DNA of 64,000 nucleotides, from the NCBI RefSeq assembly GCF_947568905.1, contig NC_079172.1, positions 73,780,001-73,844,000 of the forward strand. Direction: 5' to 3'. The position numbers were made by a program, and so were the translations under genes. Every line of letters begins with the position of its first letter. Position 1 is the stretch's first letter. The notes under the pieces are model-generated. The model was not told where the DNA came from and ran no database searches. It saw only the letters and a program-made list of their open reading frames with translations. Below are positions 26,940 to 39,800 of the stretch, in pieces. The stretch comes from Ostrea edulis. Its lineage: Eukaryota.

Positions 26940-28211
26940 AAATTAAGCTCAATGAAAATTCAAAACATGTTTTATCTGTAATGAATGTAATGTTCCTTGT
27001 GGTAGTTATGTTAGGTATGCAAACTCATACAGATTTATCACGTAGAGTTGTAATTCGTACGTGGTTCTATTATGAATGAAAAATATTACATATCACGCGT
27101 GCACATAATTAATCAAAATGTTCGTTGCCATTGTTACTGCCACAACCATCGAAGATATTACACAAGAGACTGGACTTCAACATATGCTAATAATGATGTA
27201 ACGTTAGAATAAAAAAAAAAGCACATTAAATCGGCCGCTAAAATTTTAGATATTCTAAACTAATTCCAAAGAGACACAAGGAAATTGTAACATGAAATAC
27301 TTTATCTAAAATTAATAACAAAATCCAAAAACAATTTAATATGAATTCTCACGGCGCATTACGTGTACTGTCATTTATGTAAGAGCACTTGAGAGATTTT
27401 TTTAAAAATCATAAATGATTTTAGTTTTTCAATATTGGATGCGTCGGGATATGCAACAGGAACTTAGATGAAATTCATTTTAAAATCAGCAGGCTCGCCT
27501 CAAAGGATCTTAAGCTACAACATGTACATATATCGAAAAAGTTCAGAGAAAACCACGGACAATTGGGTTCGAATTTCCTATTGTATATAAAAAGAGTACT
27601 CTTTAAATACTAGTAGTAAATTCGAATCCAAGCGATATACGTGTAATTGTGGAGAAAACATAATTTAAATACGGAAGTCACCCAAGTCAATGCTGAACAC
27701 AGGGAAACATCAACATTATCAAACTGAAACATCATTTATTCCCAAATTAGATTGCAGCATGTGTACTAAATAAAATTACATGTATATTAGTTTTACACCA
27801 GATTTCATTATTAAGGTACAATTAAATAATGGGTGCCCCGGGGGGCAAATCCCCTGGACTCCCCTGAGGGCGTACCGGGGACCTAAATGCAATCCTAACC
27901 GTAACCCAGACCCCTTGTTTCTCGGATTTTTCCCACGCCCCTCTAAATTGAAATCCTAAATCCGCCTAAATGCTTTTAAAGGCAATTTTCTATTGAAGAA
28001 GCTAAATCATGATGGCGTGCAAATGACGCAAACATGCATGACCATTATTTCATTGCAGAATTGCATTATTAGATTCATACTTCAAAATTGCTTAATGTGT
28101 CTTAAAATGGAACAATTAATTTATCGAACAAATAAAGAAAAAGGCCACCTCAAACAAACAAACAAACAAACAAACAAACAAAAAAGCTTCGCGCGATGAA
28201 CATGAATACGA

Positions 28212-28297
28212 CTTTGGATCGTGTTTGTTCTGACTTTGGGTCGTGTTTGTTCTGACTTTGGGTCGTGTTTGTTCTGACTTTGGGTCGTGTTTGTTCT
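28212..28297. repeat. 22-bp tandem repeat, about 4 units
   Basis: Unit TTTGGGTCGTGTTTGTTCTGAC. Confidence 0.85.
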
Positions 28298-28392
28298 GAT
28301 GGTGTCGTTGTAAAAACACTTTATTGCATACTGTATGCATGTCGCACTTAATTGGAAGTACACTTCTTGTTGGATCAGATAGTATGATATGC

Positions 28393-30062
28393 AGGGCCTG
28401 ATTCTAACTGTGTGAGAAGAATGCTGAGATATGTAGGGCCTGATTCTAACTGTGTGAGAAGAATGCTGAGATATGTAGGGCCTGATTCTAACTGTGTGAG
28501 AAGAATGCTGAGATATGTAGGGTCTGATTCTAACTGTGTGAGAAGAATGTTGAGATATGTAGGGCCTGATTCTAACTGTGTGAGAAGAATGCTGAGATAT
28601 GTAGGGCCTGATTCTAACTGTGTGAGAAGAATGCTGAGATATGTAGGGCCTGATTCTAACTGTGTGAGAAGAATGCTGAGATATGTAGGGCCTGATTCTA
28701 ACTGTGTGAGAAGAATGCTGAGATATGTAGGGCCTGATTCTAACTGTGTGAGAAGAATGCTGAGATATGTAAAGGCCTAATTCTAACTGTGTGAGAAGAA
28801 TGCTGAGATATGTAAGGCCTAATTCTAACTGTGTGAGAAGAATGCTGAGATATGTAAGGCCTAATTCTAACTGTGTGAGAAGAATGCTGAGATATGTAAG
28901 GCCTAATTCTAACTGTGTGAGAAGAATGCTGAGATATGTAAGGCCTAATTCTAACTGTGTGAGAAGAATGCTGAGATATGTAAGGCCTAATTCTAACTGT
29001 GTGAGAAGAATGCTGAGATATGTAGGGCCTGATTCTAACTGTGTGAGAAGAATGCTGAGATATGCAGGGCCTGATTCTAACTGTGTGAGAAGAATGCTGA
29101 GATATGTAAGGCCTAATTCTAACTGTGTGAGAAGAATGCTGAGATATGTAAGGCCTAATTCTAACTGTGTGAGAAGAATGCTGAGATATGTAAGTCCTGA
29201 TTCTAACTGTGTGAGAAGAATGCTGAGATATGTAAGGCCAAATTCTAACTGTGTGAGAAGAATGCTGAGATATGTAAGGCCTAATTCTAACTGTGTGAGA
29301 AGAATGCTGAGATATGTAAGGCCTAATTCTAACTGTGTGAGAAGAATGCTGAGATATGTAAGGCCTAATTCTAACTGTGTGAGAAGAATGCTGAGATATG
29401 TAAGGCCTAATTCTAACTGTGTGAGAAGAATGCTGAGATATGTAAGGCCTAATTCTAACTGTGTGAGAAGAATGCTGAGATATGTAAGGCCTAATTCTAA
29501 CTGTGTGAGAAGAATGCTGAGATATGTAAGGCCTGATTCTAACTGTGTGAGAAGAATGCTGAGATATGTAAGGCCTAATTCTAACTGTGTGAGAAGAATG
29601 CTGAGATATGTAAGGCCTAATTCTAACTGTGTGAGAAGAATGCTGAGATATGTAAGGCCTAATTCTAACTGTGTGAGAAGAATAACGAGATATGTAGGGC
29701 CTGATTCTAACTGTGTGAGAAGAATGCTGAGATATGTAAGGCCTAATTCTAACTGTGTGAGAAGAATGCTGAGATATGTAAGGCCTAATTCTAACTGTGT
29801 GAGAAGAATGCTGAGATATGTAAGGCCTAATTCTAACTGTGTGAGAAGAATGCTGAGATATGTAAGGCCTAATTCTAACTGTGTGAGAAGAATAACGAGA
29901 TATGTAGGGCCTGATTCTAACTGTGTGAGAAGAATGCTGAGATATGTAAGGCCTAATTCTAACTGTGTGAGAAGAATGTTGAGATATGTAAGACCTAATT
30001 CTAACTATGTGAGAAGAATGCTGAGATATGTAGGGCCTGATTCTAACTGTGTGAGAAGAATG
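28393..30062. repeat. 42-bp minisatellite, about 40 highly homogeneous units
   Basis: Unit G(G/A)GCCT(G/A)ATTCTAACTGTGTGAGAAGAATGCTGAGATATGTA. Confidence 0.97.
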
Positions 30063-30414
30063 CAAGATTCAAGATTTTATTGACGACAAGAGCACCATTA
30101 AATGCATTAGGTGAACGTCAACCACCACCACAATAACAATATATATATTTGCGGTAAGTGTATATATGTAAGCAAAATAGTGACTCAGATTGTTATTTCT
30201 TAAAAGCGGACCTAAGTACATTGTACAGGTTAGTCTATAGTCATAAGTTTTAGAGCAGCTTGTATGAATAAAGAAAACATGTCTGGTCTGAGTGAGATTT
30301 GTAGGGTTTACAATTGTATGAATATAGTAATTTAGTACGGTTACATACTCGTCTCTGAATGTATCTTATTCTGGTCAAGTAAAACATCTTCAGTTTGTTC
30401 ACCTGTCATATCTA

Positions 30415-32343
30415 GGGTAAATTGGGGCAACTGGGACATCAGGGTAACTGGGACACTGTAATATTTTTGATTGGTAGTTAAAAAATCCTTTATAGCCCTA
30501 GTATGAAATTCTTCTGTTGAAAACATTACCTCAGTGTCGTCTGCTAAAAAGTGAAATTTGGCAGCTGAAGACGAAATAAACAGAACAATTATCGGGTCTT
30601 TGATCCGAAAGGTAAGCACATTTTGTGTATGTTACGCAATAAGAAGGGGGGTTGTCGATGTAGATATTATAACTGTTATCATACAAATTATTTAACAATT
30701 TGATTTGTTAAAATTATATGGATAAACGTTCTAATCACTTTCCAATACCTCGATTTGTAAAACGTAACAAACACTCGCGAAAAATGTTGAGTACCATGCA
30801 ATTTATCAATGACCCATTCCATTTCAGAATAAGAAATTCCTTCGGGATAAAGACACCATTTATTTTCATGACGGCTTTTACAAAACACAACCATGCACCT
30901 TATAAAATACTTAGAAGCGGAAAATTTATATGCTAATATTGATATAAACATTTTTTTGCAAAGTATTTATATCTTATCACATTAAAATTGACTAGAGTAT
31001 TTACGAAAATTGAATTAATATACGACATCGTACCGGATGTTGTGGTCTGAGATATTGTGACGTCACAAATTGATAATTTTGATAAACACATTGTGCAATT
31101 AAATAATTGCGAATGGGATTATTCTCAACCATTTCTGTTAAAACCACTGCTGTTTCCAAATCTTCGTTATTCATTTAACGTGTTGGTAGTAATGCCAGTA
31201 CAATAATTACAATAATAATTATTTGAATGTATATTATTCTCCACATGATTATTTCCTTTTTGAATTGGGGTAAGTGGGACAGGTGTTCAAGTTGTATTTT
31301 AGAAAATCAGATTTTATGCATTTCAAATAAAATTATATCCTTAGATTTGGTGAATTGTGCAGGGTTTTGGATAGTTCATAATGTTTAAAGGATAAATAAT
31401 AAATTTATAATTCTCTATTTTAAAACACAGCAAATTTGATTCAATTAATAATCTTAGATTTCAAACATAATAAAGGTCGTTATAATTCGCTTATGATTAC
31501 ATGTATATGGTATGTGCATGTTTGAACAAGTGTTTTGAGTAGGTGTAATGGCAAGACGAAAGAAAATCCAAAACCCCAAACAAGTAAAGTGGTCTTAATC
31601 GTCTATGAAAAAAGCATTAAAAATTAGGCCTACATGTGATAAACTAAGCTTTCGCAAAGCTGCAGAATTACTGTCTGCAATACTAAAATCTACGCATGAA
31701 ATGAGTGCGAAATGAGAACAAGATACTGATGCCCCAGCCTCCCGACCAACCGTGTACTTCACATCGGATCAAGAGAATCAGCTTGTTGGTCATATTCTAG
31801 AAATGGCTAACTGTGGATTTGGGTTGACAATTGATAGGTATATAATTGAACTTATGCTCAATATTTAATAGATAATCGAATCTGAAGCACTTTGCCGGTT
31901 TTACCTGTGTTTAATGTCAAGATTGATCGGGAAAGGAGGGGGGGGGGGGGGTTGAAGGATCGAGGGAAGGAGGGAGGAAAACGGGCTGGGGAGAGAATTT
32001 AAGGGGCTGAACGACAAGATGGGATGAGGAGAGATTAGGAAAACGGGTTGGAGAGAGAGGAGGAACCCCTTGTTTGTCCTTGTCCCCACTTAATCTTCTA
32101 ACTTTAGGTATCAACATTGTTGTCCCAGTTACCCCATTACAGAAGGGCAACTGGGACACTCAGCAGTTATACGATTTGTCTCCCTTCTTTTTGGAGTAAT
32201 GCTTCTGAAAGAATTTCATACCTGAGAAATGAAATTTAACATATCTATCTTTTATTGCATGACATTAAACTTTTATAAATACATCTCTATTAGTATGGAA
32301 TATCAAAAATAATCTAAAGTGTCCCACTTGCCCCAATTTCCCC
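30415..32343 (+). mobile_element. Internally deleted pogo-like (Tc1/mariner superfamily) transposon
   Basis: TA|GGGTAAATTGGGGCAACTGGGACAT ... GTGTCCCACTTGCCCCAATTTCCCC|TA (25-bp TIR, 3 mismatches); transposase relic inside. Confidence 0.8.
31548..31840 (+). pseudogene. pogo/Tigger-type transposase N-terminus (psq-type HTH plus CENP-B-type HTH) with two in-frame stops
   Basis: MARRKKIQNPKQVKWS*SSMKKAL...LSFRKAAELL...LKST...K*...RPTVYFTSDQENQLVGHILEMANCGFGLT, all in one frame. No DDE domain follows. Confidence 0.75.
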
Positions 32344-32734
32344 TACCAGTTCTCAATTTTGTAAAATTTATCGACAGAAAATTTCAAATTTTGCTGAATT
32401 TCATTTGCTATATATACATAATTTACAGAGAACTATAGAAAAAGAGTTCGCCCTCTTAATTATCTCATTCTTATTATATATGTATACAAGGTCATTTCAC
32501 ATTTGAGGACATATTCAAAGTTTACAAATCCTTGAGTGTTTTCTTTGTCACGATTTAAACCCATTGTAAAAAAGATTAGTATCTTCACCAAAAGCATCTT
32601 GTAATACTATGTTATGACGAGAATTAGAGGTTTTTGAATTGAGATTTCTTACATAGTGGTTTCATCGTGAGTTTGAATATTTCGAAGGTCAACGGATAGA
32701 TACACGTGCGAAGTTCTAATAATTCAACAGATCT

Positions 32735-32852
32735 AGATTAGTGGATTTACTGCGGACCTAGATTAGTGGATTTACTGCGGACCTAGATTAGTGGATTTAT
32801 TGCTAGATTAGTGGATTTACTGCGGACCTAGATTAGTGGGTTTACTGCGGAC
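32735..32852. repeat. 25-bp tandem repeat, about 4.5 units
   Basis: Unit CTAGATTAGTGGATTTACTGCGGAC. Confidence 0.85.
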
Positions 32853-33876
32853 ATCTAAACCATCTTTCAATGTAGACTTGCAAGTTTTTATAGCGACCGA
32901 GTCAAATTGAAACTATCGCTGATACTGTCCACGAGTGTTTGAAAGAACTAACACGATTTGAAAATATGCCAAAATACGTGCATGGGTCATTCTACAAAAC
33001 TTTAACAAAATGTGCGCTAGAACACCCCCTCCCCCCATATAAAATCGGTAGAAATGGCACATTTACAACATCTGCCAGAGTTTAAATCCATTTCATCATT
33101 CCACACTTAAAACGGGCATACCTAATTAACTCATAAATGATATTGTTGTACATAAAAGAAGCCAAAAGGTACACGGTCACTTCAAATGACCATCTTTCTA
33201 AGGTCAGCTGCGTTTTATATAGTTGAAATCTGGTTGAAATCAAAGCGTGTTTTTGGTGTTTTTTTTAAATCTTCTTGACGTTTGTGTTTATCTTAGCTTT
33301 TATTTCTTCATTTATTTCGGTAAAAATGAGGATATGTACGCAATCGTACAACAACTCGGCCATTTCCGTGGTTACGGAAAAGGACGAGTGTGATCCGATT
33401 GAGAATATATGTACGTTACCAATCGTGACTACTCGGCTACGAGCGCGTGATCCTTACGAGACCGACGTCACAACTAACGTTCAACTACTTCCGACGTTAC
33501 ATCGACGTCATTCTACCCATTTTTCATTATTTGTATACTTCGTATACTATACAATCAACTTTACTTGAATCTGGCTTCCGTTTGAAAGAATCGTTTCCTG
33601 TAAGTTGAGCATGCGTAAGTTGATCGCGGGAGTTTGATGAAAGTGGTAGGCCCAGAACATGAACTTTCATGATTTAAAAAACAAATGTTAGTGAAAGCAG
33701 TGCTAATTTCAGTAAGCCTGTTAAAAGCATCCGATATTTTCACTAGATTTCTGTAAAACTGTGAAGATGAGCGAATAATCCAATACACGATAAGCCTAAT
33801 ATTAGGTTAGTGACACTATTATACTTTAGAAGTCTTGGACAAGAACGGTAAAACGTCGTGTGGCTTAATTGAGTTT

Positions 33877-33974
33877 CTAATTTCTGTGGAAACGAGGGGG
33901 TTATTTATATTCGGTCCCCCCCCCCACCCCCTCAGACCGAGTATGAATAACCCCCTCGTTTCCACAGAAATTAG
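33877..33974. repeat. Hairpin: ~40-bp inverted arms around a poly-C spacer
   Basis: CTAATTTCTGTGGAAACGAGGGGGTTATTTATATTCGGTC against GACCGAGTATGAATAACCCCCTCGTTTCCACAGAAATTAG (2 mismatches). Confidence 0.85.
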
Positions 33975-35925
33975 TGAGTTTCCAAACAAGTTTTTGACCA
34001 AATGTTTCATACAAAAACAAGGTATTTTTTAAAAAAAAAAAAATTTGATTAAGTCTTTTGGGGGAACCAATTCCTTGTAAATTAGAAATGTCAGCAGTTA
34101 CCAGGCAAGTACAGAGCATCGTTTTCCAAAGGGGGGGGGGGAGGGGGGGGGCGGTGGTGGTGGCTTCCGTATGGTCTAAAATGTTTGCCCCCCCCCCCCC
34201 CCCTTCCGATAATGAAAATAACCCAAAACATGTAAAAGATGTTCTATCTTTAGCACATAGGCAAATTCACATTTTAGGTCATGTAAGTCAAGATGACAGA
34301 TGTTCGAAATTTAAGCTTTCATTCATGAGGAGAGTGATTTGTAATGAATACAAGCATACATAAGAAAAAGAATTAAAGATATATATATGATAATCTTGTA
34401 TTTAGTTTACTGAATCTTCTCAATTTTGTGTAGACCTGTTCATTAATCTCCTTCACAGGCCCACAAATGAAATTTTTGCCTCAAAATTGCATAGTAGATC
34501 TATCTAAACCATATTTCTTTGGCCTCTGTTTATTCTAATGAGGTAAGCTTTGGCCAAATTAAAAGTCAGGGAGTTCAATTATACCTTATTGCACTGGTTT
34601 GGTTTTTCCCCTACCTTGTATGAAATGTTTTTCCCAATTTCAAGTAAATGTTTCTATCTAAATTTTCCTTAAAAAGGCCTAGGCCCTTGATAGCAAGGCA
34701 TAAAAAAGAATGTTCAATTTGCCAAATCTCTTTTAGTAGCTGTCAATTTTAGATCAAGAAAGTGAAATTTTCATTATGAACTTTGGCATGTAATTGAATA
34801 GATGAAAATTTTGAGTACAATTGACAACCGACCACCTTAATGGCACCTTCACGTGAAACTGCTAGCTGTCTGGTGTACTGAATATCATAATTAACATGAT
34901 TAAGATCTGTATTTTATTTTTAGTCCCAAATGCAGTAGCAAATTAATTCTTTACAAAGTGCACAATATAAAAATTATACATGGTTTAGAAACAACAGCCT
35001 TACAAGGTCAAATTAGATACAGGCATATATTTGAATAAACCCGTGCTACATTGGACAGCACCTGCAGTGTTGATAAATCCACATATCAATCCATTATGAG
35101 TCAGGTTCTCCCTAGAAAAACCATTCCGACACAATCACTTGATCACCTTTACAAGCTATATATAGTGACTTCCATTGTTGTATTGGTTTCTGTGTCACCA
35201 TGGTTACCAGTTGCTGTAGAGTACAGATGTACTGCCTTTGTAATTTATGTACTTTAATTTCCAGACACATGTTTAATTTGAAAACCAATCAAACTGGTCT
35301 CAGTACCCATGATGAATGAAATTCAATTGAATTGAATCAATTAATTTGCTGGTAAATTAGGATAATTTTCACCTTTCAAAAGCAGTCACCTACAGACTTA
35401 TTTGAAAAAAAACTGAAACATAACAATATTTTATGATGATGCTGTAATTGTGTGTAAGAATTATAAACAATATTTTGTTTTATTATATAGCTAATAAATA
35501 GTCTAATATAAAATCTGCGTAAAATCTAGAGAATGTTAGCGTTCAATATCCTGAGAATTTATTGAACGCTAACTTTACATTGCGTAAATTGTATGCGCCC
35601 GAAACATTCCGAGTATGAGCGTTCAATATTGACGTTACCGTAACGACGTAAACAAGCAAAAATGGCAGACGACGGTCCTCCGAATTTGACAGAGCCGGTA
35701 TTTGATATTTACTTAAGCATTATGTTTTACTGTACATAAATTATGATGTCCCCATTTACAAAATCAGTTTGCTTCATGCATTAATGATGGGTTAAATATT
35801 GAACAGTTAAGAAATGCATGCTGTTATTGCACACTGGCAATATTGATGAATTCTCGTCTATTTTGGAGTAGTTTGAGTGAAAATGGATATAACTTAACAA
35901 CCAAATACTTTAGCTATATAATAAA

Positions 35926-36047
35926 AGGGTTATTGAACTTATATAGGTGAATATTGGCACTCGTTGGCTGTCAAAATGCACTCGCAAGCTCGTGCATTTT
36001 CACAGCCAACTCGTGCCAATATTCACCGATATAAGTTCAATAACCCT
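35926..36047. repeat. 122-bp near-perfect palindrome (about 57-bp arms, short loop)
   Basis: AGGGTTATTGAACTTATATAGGTGAATATTGGCAC... pairs with ...GTGCCAATATTCACCGATATAAGTTCAATAACCCT with about 5 mismatches. Confidence 0.9.
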
Positions 36048-36485
36048 ATAATATCTAGTATAGATAAATGGATTAGACTTCAGAAATTGTTAACCCTTCC
36101 CTTATTAGTATATAGTGTCCTTATATCTGTGTGTGTGTAAAGAGTACTAGTAATTGACTGTATTCTGATTTTACATTATCAAGGTTATGAAAGAAAACAC
36201 ATGGTAATATTGTATTTCGTATTATACTACAATGGGTCCCAGTGAATTTATCAGTAGATATAAGATTCAAGGTGAACTTCCAATGTCGTATGCCTGAATT
36301 AGATAGTATAATTGCCTTAATTGATGGCAGTTTGTTGTAGATATTTAATTAGAAGTGCTAGTTTGTGACTGTGCACCTGTTATGGTGTACTTGATGTGAT
36401 TGATTTTAAATTAAGGTTTACATCAGACCCAATTCACTTAAGATGCAGAGACTTCACCTGGTGTATTGATTTTTGTTGTTTTCAG

Positions 36486-36867
36486 GTGAAACAGAATTTC
36501 TGTGATTATACCTAGCAGTACCAACCAGAACATAAAACAAGATGTGACACTGAAGAAAACGTACAGCCATTTTTTTCCTTCAGAATTACAATGAGGAGAG
36601 AGATGAAATGTGGAGGGGGGATAGTGATTTTACTGGCTTGGTTGAGTGGGGGATGGTGTGCTGATCCAGTGTTAACCCCAGAAGTAGTGTCAGATTCGGG
36701 GGGGAATTCTGCCAATGCCAGCAGCTTTATCACGTGGGCTCCTGTACCAAGTTATGACACATACTCCGCGGGGAACATCAAATATGATGCATCCGGACTT
36801 ACCCCGCTCTATAATTTTGCCAAGTCTTTTATCAATGGTGCAGTTTTTCCATATGGTATTCCTTGGG
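36486..36867 (+). CDS. Prominin first coding exon (acceptor at 36484-36485, ATG at 36591 or 36603)
   Basis: TTTTCAG acceptor; MKCGGGIVILLAWLSGGWC-A signal-like segment; GTATGT donor at 36868. An upstream non-coding exon is implied but was not located. Confidence 0.85.
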
Positions 36868-39800
36868 GTATGTATGCATGTTGTATAAAGTCAATTAACT
36901 TACAAATACAGTATGTATTGTCAACTGACTACAAAGTTCAATTCAATAGGAAATACATATATATACGGTATATTGTGTCAACTGCCTTAACTTAACATAT
37001 CCACATGGTATTGCAGTGTGCGAAACTAACTTTAAAGTCCTATAGACTTTGGGTCCATAGTTATTTTATTCCCTATAGACCACAACAAATTCCTTTAGAC
37101 CGAAATTTAACATGCAATATTCATTGTTATTAAAAAATAAATAATAGACACAAATTCGATTTGGTAATTCGTTCATAATTTAATTATATTCTTTTTCAAT
37201 TTCATGCACAAGATTTTCAATTAGAATTTCGTTTTCTCTTTTTCATTTTGATCCCGCTCAGTTTCACTGTCTGATTCTTCATCTAAGTCACTTCTACTAG
37301 GTTTTGTTTTTTCATAATTCTCTGCGACTTTAGCCTTGCTGGAACTTGTTTTACTGATCGGTTTCGGTTTGATGCACCTTCCACATATTTTAACTGTTCA
37401 AAAAAGGCCATTTGCATGAAAATGGCATATATTGAAGTAAATATCAAATTGATACCCCCCCGTTGAAAATGGAATAATCTTATTTGAATTTTACAGCTAA
37501 GGGGTGAACAGAAACATCAGCGTAATACATATAAACTGGTATATGTTTAATAAGTGGCGGGAATCATTTTTTTTTACTCAGAATTCCTACAGACAAGCCG
37601 GTCTATAGCTATTTCGATTGTTATAGACCGACTCGATTTTCTATAGACAATGTCTATCGGTCCGTGGTTAAATTCGCACACTGGTATTGACCAAATGTAA
37701 AGAACTTGTAAATACTGAATTCTGATCTAATATAATTTACCTTTAAATTGGCAAAAATTTAGATTTAGAGTGTTGAAATTGTATTCTCATCTTCTCAATT
37801 AAGGCAACCTTGGGCTTTAATCAATCTAAAACAGGAAGATGATTCACATTTCGACTGGTTTTATCTGATGATATTGTTACAAATTGTAATAATCACCATT
37901 TCTTCACGCACCTGCTGTGGTAATGCTAAACATTGCGCATATGAATCTTGATAAATATATAGAGTGTCCATTTTAAGAGCTGGGAATTCTGACAGGATGA
38001 AAGTATAAAATGTAATTTATACATTAAGAAATAAATTTAATTTTCAGTGTTCATGAAAACTATTATGAAATACCTGCCCTTTGGGCAGGTATTTCTATCA
38101 ATATTACCTGCCCAAACAAGAATTAGCATGCCCGATAAAAAGAAAAGATGCAGCAAAAAGGTCAAAGTTTGTTTAATCATAATGCAAATAATGTTTATTA
38201 TTCTATCCTTTTGCCGGTGAAATTCCCGTTTCCAACGTTTTTCTTACTCTAGTCTTGTTTATGTTCATTAGGGTCGGGGGTTTGTCTCTTTGTCTTTTTT
38301 TACCCAGCTTTGCCGCAGCACTGTATTTTAGGCCAGGTATCATTTTGAACAAATGCGCATGCTGCATCTATATAACGTCGTCGGATGCCCACAACTGATC
38401 TCGTCCTCTACTGTGTGGGTATCTGACGACGCATCTGTAATTGCTCGGTACTATTACTACATGTTGACGCTTTTCTAAAAATGTCTGCACGACAACAATT
38501 TGTAATACATTAAAAGTTAAGTTGTACTAGAAAGTATCATTTGCAGGAGGTACTCATGTAACATTCAGATAACAATCTTGAATGATCGACTGTATGAATT
38601 AACTTCATAGTAAACTTGTCCGATGATTAAAAGGAAAGGGATTTTCTTGCACAAAATTAGACATGCCAAGCGGGCTACTGATTATGTGATTTTTACATGC
38701 CTGCTCCCGATTTTACTAGGCTCCGGGCATCAGGCTACCGGGTTATTTCAAAGACTACACTTTTGAAAATACATGAGGGTATGAACTGAAATGCTTCATA
38801 TTGGCATATGAAGTGCTAAGACACTGGTATATGAAGCGCTAACACACTGCTACATAAAGCGCTAACACACTGGTATATGAAGTGCTAACACACTGGTATA
38901 TGAAGCGCTAACACACTGGTATATGAACAGCGATTTTTTTCTACCCACTGGTACTGGTACCGGTACCCATTCAATTGGGAAATATAGCGTCAAAATTGAA
39001 CAAATTGGGAATTTTCTACCAACGCATCGGCAAATGATTTCAACCAAAACAAAAGAAAAGAAAGAACAAAACAAGAAGTATTCATCACTTTACAAACTTT
39101 ATGGTAATATTTGCTGTTGTGAGACATAGGGAATCATCGTAGGCTCGTTTTAGAATTGTCATAGCTCTTCAATACTTGATCTGTACTTTCGATTTAATGC
39201 CGGAAGTGAACATTTTAGTTAACTCGTACAACGTTTCAGACTAAGTAAATCACGATGTCAGTGATCTAAAGGGTGTTAAGAAAGTTCGTTCCATGATTCA
39301 CATTATGCCTAAACTTATTTATAAACAACTCATATACAAGTTTTTATGTTTTTAATAACCAGACAGTCCACCTTTGTTTTTCAATACATTTTTAATTCTG
39401 TTTGGCATTGAATGAATTAAAGAAATCAAATGTTTCTGAGGTATCTCCCTCCATGTACGTTGAAGTCGGCGGCGTAATTGGTTCATTGTTGTTGGGCGCG
39501 GATCTTTGTAGGCCTCGCTGTTCAGAATACTCCAAAGATTTTCTATACAATTTAGGTCTGGGGAATTGCCTGGCCATTCTTCTTTCGAAATAAAGTTTGG
39601 TAAATTATTTTCACACCAATTTTGTGTTAGGAGGGCAGTGTGAGGTGTCGCTCCATCTTGAACAAACGTAGCGTGTCCTGGATATTGAACCAACTTTCGT
39701 TCGTCAATCCTACCACTATTTTTCTGTCGATTCAGAGCAGGTTTTAGTTCTTTTTGAAGAATTTTCTTCACATAATAGTCAGCATTAATAGTTTTGCCGA

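Noticed and set aside
26507-27966. GGCGGATCTAGGATTTC / GAAATCCTAAATCCGCC pair as the TIRs of one 1.46-kb element
   Set aside because: No target duplication is visible, and this end motif also occurs singly elsewhere (near 2376 and 18950), so these may be ends of separate copies.
28740-30083. 430-aa and 441-aa ORFs on opposite strands
   Set aside because: By-products of a 42-bp unit that is a multiple of 3; no splice context or non-repeat domain.
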